A DNA stretch of 63,508 nucleotides, counting the filler, from Globobulimina sp. (taxonomy: Eukaryota), in assembly GCA_003354225.1 (NCBI GenBank). It is 25 parts of 25 records of this genome, joined end to end, with 100 filler letters (N's around TTAATTAATTAA, not from the genome) between each part and the next. Parts side by side here need not be neighbours in the genome. Positions count along the whole stretch, not along the records: positions 58,525 to 60,966 come from PIVH01006669.1; positions 61,067 to 63,508 come from PIVH01006670.1; 23 more parts are not named here. The stretch is one strand, 5' to 3'. A model generated the notes under the pieces. The model saw only the letters and a list, made by a program, of their open reading frames with translations, ran no database searches and was not told where the DNA came from. Both the position numbers and the translations under genes were made by a program. Of the stretch, positions 59,451 to 63,508 are shown in pieces. Numbering within the stretch: position 1 is the first letter of the stretch; each line of letters opens with the position of its first letter.

Positions 59451-60538
59451 ATGATTGTTTTCATATTGGTAGCATTACACGCTATGATACCACACACAGT
59501 ATCTTCGAGACAGCTATTAACAGAGAAACAAGGTCCAATTTTAGAGAAACCAGACGCAAGCAATATTTATGAGATACAGAATGAGTTTAAAAATCAAACA
59601 ATTGGTAATGTTGATGGTTATTCATACATTGGATATCGTGACCAACTGAATGGAATAAATAGTATTTCTGCAATTCATGGAACAGAAAAAAACGTTCCAT
59701 ATACATTTAATGAGACAACAGGTTGTTTTAATATTATTGATGCTGTATTTGGCATCGCAGCATCAAAAGGACGGTCAGATGAAGACAAGATATCTTTTGA
59801 TGTTTTTGGCACTGATTTTGATATAAATCAAATTATTATGGTTGGTATTTATGATGGTCATTCAGGAAAAGCCGTAGCAAATGACGCAAGTATTCAGCTT
59901 CCCAAAGTTATCTGGAATCGATGCAATCAAATAATACAAACTAAAAACGAATCGCAAATTCAATTTTGTATACAAACAGCCATTTATGATTGGGACGCAA
60001 ATTATTGGTCACAAAATAAAAAGGTTGCGGGTGGCTCGACTTTTATTCTATTTATAACCACACCGACAATATTTATAACTGTCAAAACATTGGTGATTCC
60101 GAACTTCGCATCGTAAACAAACTAAATCCAACACAATTTATTCCAACAATAAGCACAACACCACTCAGTGGCTGCGTCTTTGGGTGATTATGATGGCAAA
60201 ATAACAGGAGGCAGAACAAGAAAAAGGTTCAGACCTTCAAATGAATGCATGGTTGGTAACATTGCAGATGTATTTATTTATCAACATGATGCCAAATATG
60301 AGCGGCAAGTGATGGTTTATGGGCTGCTGTTGACGATAAAAAATATAAAAATGGAACAAAAGCATGGATGGAAGGAATTCAAAGTTTATTAGATGAGGCA
60401 ACACTAAATATGCAATCACACGCAATCGTACAATGGGTAATTCGTCATTACCCGCAGCCATATCCAGGTTCATATATTGACGATATATCAGTGGTTGTTT
60501 GGCCTTTTTGGGAGTTGCGTACATGGCACCAATTATAA
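59451..60538 (+). pseudogene. PP2C-family phosphatase with signal peptide, broken by three frame changes
   Basis: GRSDED, GIYDGHSG, GGST / NIGDS / ASLGD / ASDGLW..DDISVVV, with shifts near 60085, 60167 and 60300 and no room for introns. Confidence 0.72.
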
Positions 60539-61066
60539 TTGATTTAATTGAATTGCATATCTTGTTGTTAATGTTGTGAATATTTGTATCTTGCAAAACG
60601 GAAAATAAAAATTGTTTGTAAAACTGCTGCAGTAACAAAGAGCGGCTCCCTTATGTTCAATGTTCTATCGGTATCTCACCATTACTGCTCAACTGCCATG
60701 CATGACATCTATGGTAATGGATAACAAATGGTTAATTTAAAAAATAATAAACAAATCCGGAAATTCCCATAAATAGAATTGAATTTTGCTAATTGAATAA
60801 CTATTTGATGAGAATGTGAATTTGAGTGTTGTTTGTTTTTCTGATTGTTTTGTTTCTTTAAGGAAATACTTGTACAGGATCATTTCTATAGGAAATATTC
60901 TTCATCACAAGTTTTGATTTGAACCGCCTAAAACTCTTGATGATGAATAAAGATATTCGTATCGTANNNNNNNNNNNNNNNNNNNNNNNNNNNNNNNNNN
61001 NNNNNNNNNNTTAATTAATTAANNNNNNNNNNNNNNNNNNNNNNNNNNNNNNNNNNNNNNNNNNNN

Positions 61067-63442
61067 GATCGAAAATAAAAAAGACTGGAACACTTTTATT
61101 CAGTACGTAAAGAACAACCAACCAAAACCATCAAACAGCAACAAACCAAATCCAATCCATGTAACCCTACATGTCATCATTGACAATGAACAAAATCACA
61201 GCTACGACCCAGAATACCCCTCATTCCAAAAATGCTACAAAAACCCCCTCACTCTCATCTATCAACGGTATCATATTTCTTTGCGAATGTGCGCCTTGCT
61301 CAAATTTCCTTATTTTTCTGTTAATCCATCCAATAACATTCAGACCGCCTCCACCGCCGTACAAACCGCAACAAGCACCCACACCGCCACAGCAATCCTA
61401 TGCCTATCCGCCACCATCTTATCCCATACATCAACCACCTTATCCACCTGCAATATACCCACCAAACCCATACACAAACCCGCCGTATTACGCCTACCCA
61501 CAATCCCATTATCCCCTGACCCCACAGACCCAAATAGCACCGCCAGCCCCTATACACACTACAAATGCAATTACAGCACATACCAGCAATGGCATTAAAA
61601 GGCGATTCGATGTCGCTGCCAATGTCAATGGGGACTGCCTGAATGAACCAGCGATTAAGAAACGGAGACTAAATGACCCAATGTCAGCACCCGTATCAGT
61701 CCCGGCACCCACACCGACCCCACTCGCTCCACTCGCACCTGTGACGGGGTACACTGTGCAACCAATGCCCTCTGCGCCGCCTCCATCGGATTTATTGGAT
61801 GCCAATCCCTATGGCATCGTGCATATGAATGGATTCGTATGGTGTGATGCATGTAATCGATGGTTTGAAATACATTGCTTTGATTCTCATCTGTTAAGTA
61901 ATACTTGTTTCGTTATTTTATGTGCTTTTTGATGATATAATGCGACCACGCGACGGTCTTATGATATATTTACTGATTAAAACCGCATTGAGCACTGATC
62001 CCACGCAATATGAGCTTATTTCTTTTTATATTTCATTGCAATGTTTGACGTATAAATTTATATAAACAGACAAGGGAAGAAACACAAGAAGAACATTGAC
62101 GCCTTTTCCTTTCGAAAAGTACTGAAACATTGGCAAAAAATCCGAACCAAAGTAGTCGATGATGTGACGAAATGCAGTTTAGTATCAAAAAATATCTTTT
62201 GACCGAGAACCAACAATCTGAACATGCCACATTTTGCATTTTATTTTTGTGTTCATATTGCAAAACGTTTCAAAAATTATAACTACAACACAGATATCCA
62301 AGAATTGTCCATGGATAATAACTTATGGTATGCTCAGATATGCCTCTCCTGTCTATCCGAAGTGCATTACTCTTCGTGGCACCAACATGTGACCGGCCAA
62401 GTGCACCAAAACAACTTCGCCAAATGTCCCCGCACCGTGACTGTCAAACGGCAAATACCGCCCGGAAACGAAGGCAGCTCTGAAATCCCCACCTTATTTT
62501 CCGAGAAATACTTCCTCCAAATCTCAAATTACGTGCCGGGCTCTAAAATATTAGTGCTCGGCGAACAAGATTTCTCCTATTCTTTAGGTACGCATTCCCC
62601 ACCTTTCCCCCTTCCAAATCCCTCCATCTTTGCCTTACTCACAAAAAGCGGTTTGCACCATCCTGCAAAGCGGAGACAACTTGGTAGGCACTTCGTATCT
62701 GGGCGCCTTTGATCCGAATTGCAAGGAACCAGAGGAGCACCCCGCAGACGACGGCGTTCGTGCCAATTATCACCGCGTCACATTGCCTTCGCACAACGGC
62801 CAATTGCAGCAAAACCTGCACTTATTAGCCCAGTATCGGGCGCGCACTGCGCACAGCATCGACGGTACCAAGTTATTGGAGTGTTTATCCGCCGCCGCGC
62901 CCAAAGTGTACTGCCGTCCCTTCGACATCATAGTGTTCCCATTCCCGCGCGCCTCGTTGAAGCGCGGTCTGGATTTCCGGAATTCGACGCTGATTCAGGG
63001 CTTTTTCAGCGAGATCCGCACGCACAGAGCGCAATTATTGTACCCTTTGTCGCAGATTCAAATGATTGTTCTGGACAATCAGTTCAAGGAATGGGACGTG
63101 GCCAACATCGCCAAGGAGAACGGATGGACCTTGAAATGGCGCTGTTGCATCAACTTTGCCTCGTTGCCGCTGTATCAGCCGCGAGAGCTAAGCGGCAAAG
63201 CATGGAATCCCAAGACGGCGCGTTTGTTGGTGTTTTTGTGGGACACTGAGTTTGAGAAACAGGTGGAGCTGAAATTGGATGCGTTGAATGAGATGAATGA
63301 CTTGGCGCTGTTGCCGGACGAAGCGATGAAAGTTACGAAACAAGCAAAGATATTGGATGCCTATCATGCGCAGGGGATTCGACAGTATCAGGATCCGAGT
63401 TTGACGCGGCTGGCTGCGCCGCCTTCCTCTCTGCAACGATGA
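61067..63442 (+). CDS. Pro-rich, zinc-finger and BMT5-like (DUF2431) rRNA methyltransferase-domain protein, 5' partial; introns 61268-61343, about 61898-62293, 62588-62648
   Basis: U1-like fingers WCDAC..HL and CLSC..WHQHVTGQVH; DUF2431 motifs ILVLGEQDFSYSL, GTSY, IDGTKL, FDIIVFPFP, LIQGFF. Confidence 0.78.
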
Positions 63443-63508
63443 TGTGTGACCTCTGACTTTTGAAGCGTGAAATGTATAATCGTTTGAATATGATTGCAAT
63501 GCTTTTGC

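Noticed and set aside
2448-61066. Regularly spaced TTAATTAATTAA as a biological repeat or CRISPR-like array
   Set aside because: It is an artificial linker inside N padding; ORF ends reading XXX-LIN are artefacts.

Overview
This window is not one locus. It is 25 unrelated contigs of about 2.44 kb, sorted by decreasing length (2447 to 2442 bp) and joined by artificial 100-bp spacers (44 N + TTAATTAATTAA + 44 N), so adjacency across spacers means nothing. Almost all contigs come from an AT-rich, gene-dense protist genome using the standard code, with short GT-AG introns (mostly 51-110 bp). Domain content (SAM, TLDc, PT-repeat/vWA, GPS-7TM, LRR-TM) suggests Foraminifera/Rhizaria; this is inference. 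Recognisable genes: Argonaute/Piwi, a helicase-less Dicer-like N-terminus, a degenerate ALKBH5-like demethylase, PKD2 channel, adhesion GPCR, CAMK kinase, 14-3-3, PEX2, PrpD, two kinesins, glycerate kinase, S10 carboxypeptidase, HtrA, annexin, PP2C and a BMT5-like protein. Non-coding structure includes three inverted-repeat (MITE-like) elements, a repeated 31-bp putative transposon end, and two non-canonical tRNA-like cloverleaves. Two contigs show probable bacterial/eukaryote chimeric junctions. Best leads: the ALKBH5-like gene in mobile-element-like context, the divergent RNAi components, the tRNA-like elements, and PTS1-tagged proteins. All family calls are from motif recognition by eye; no searches were run.
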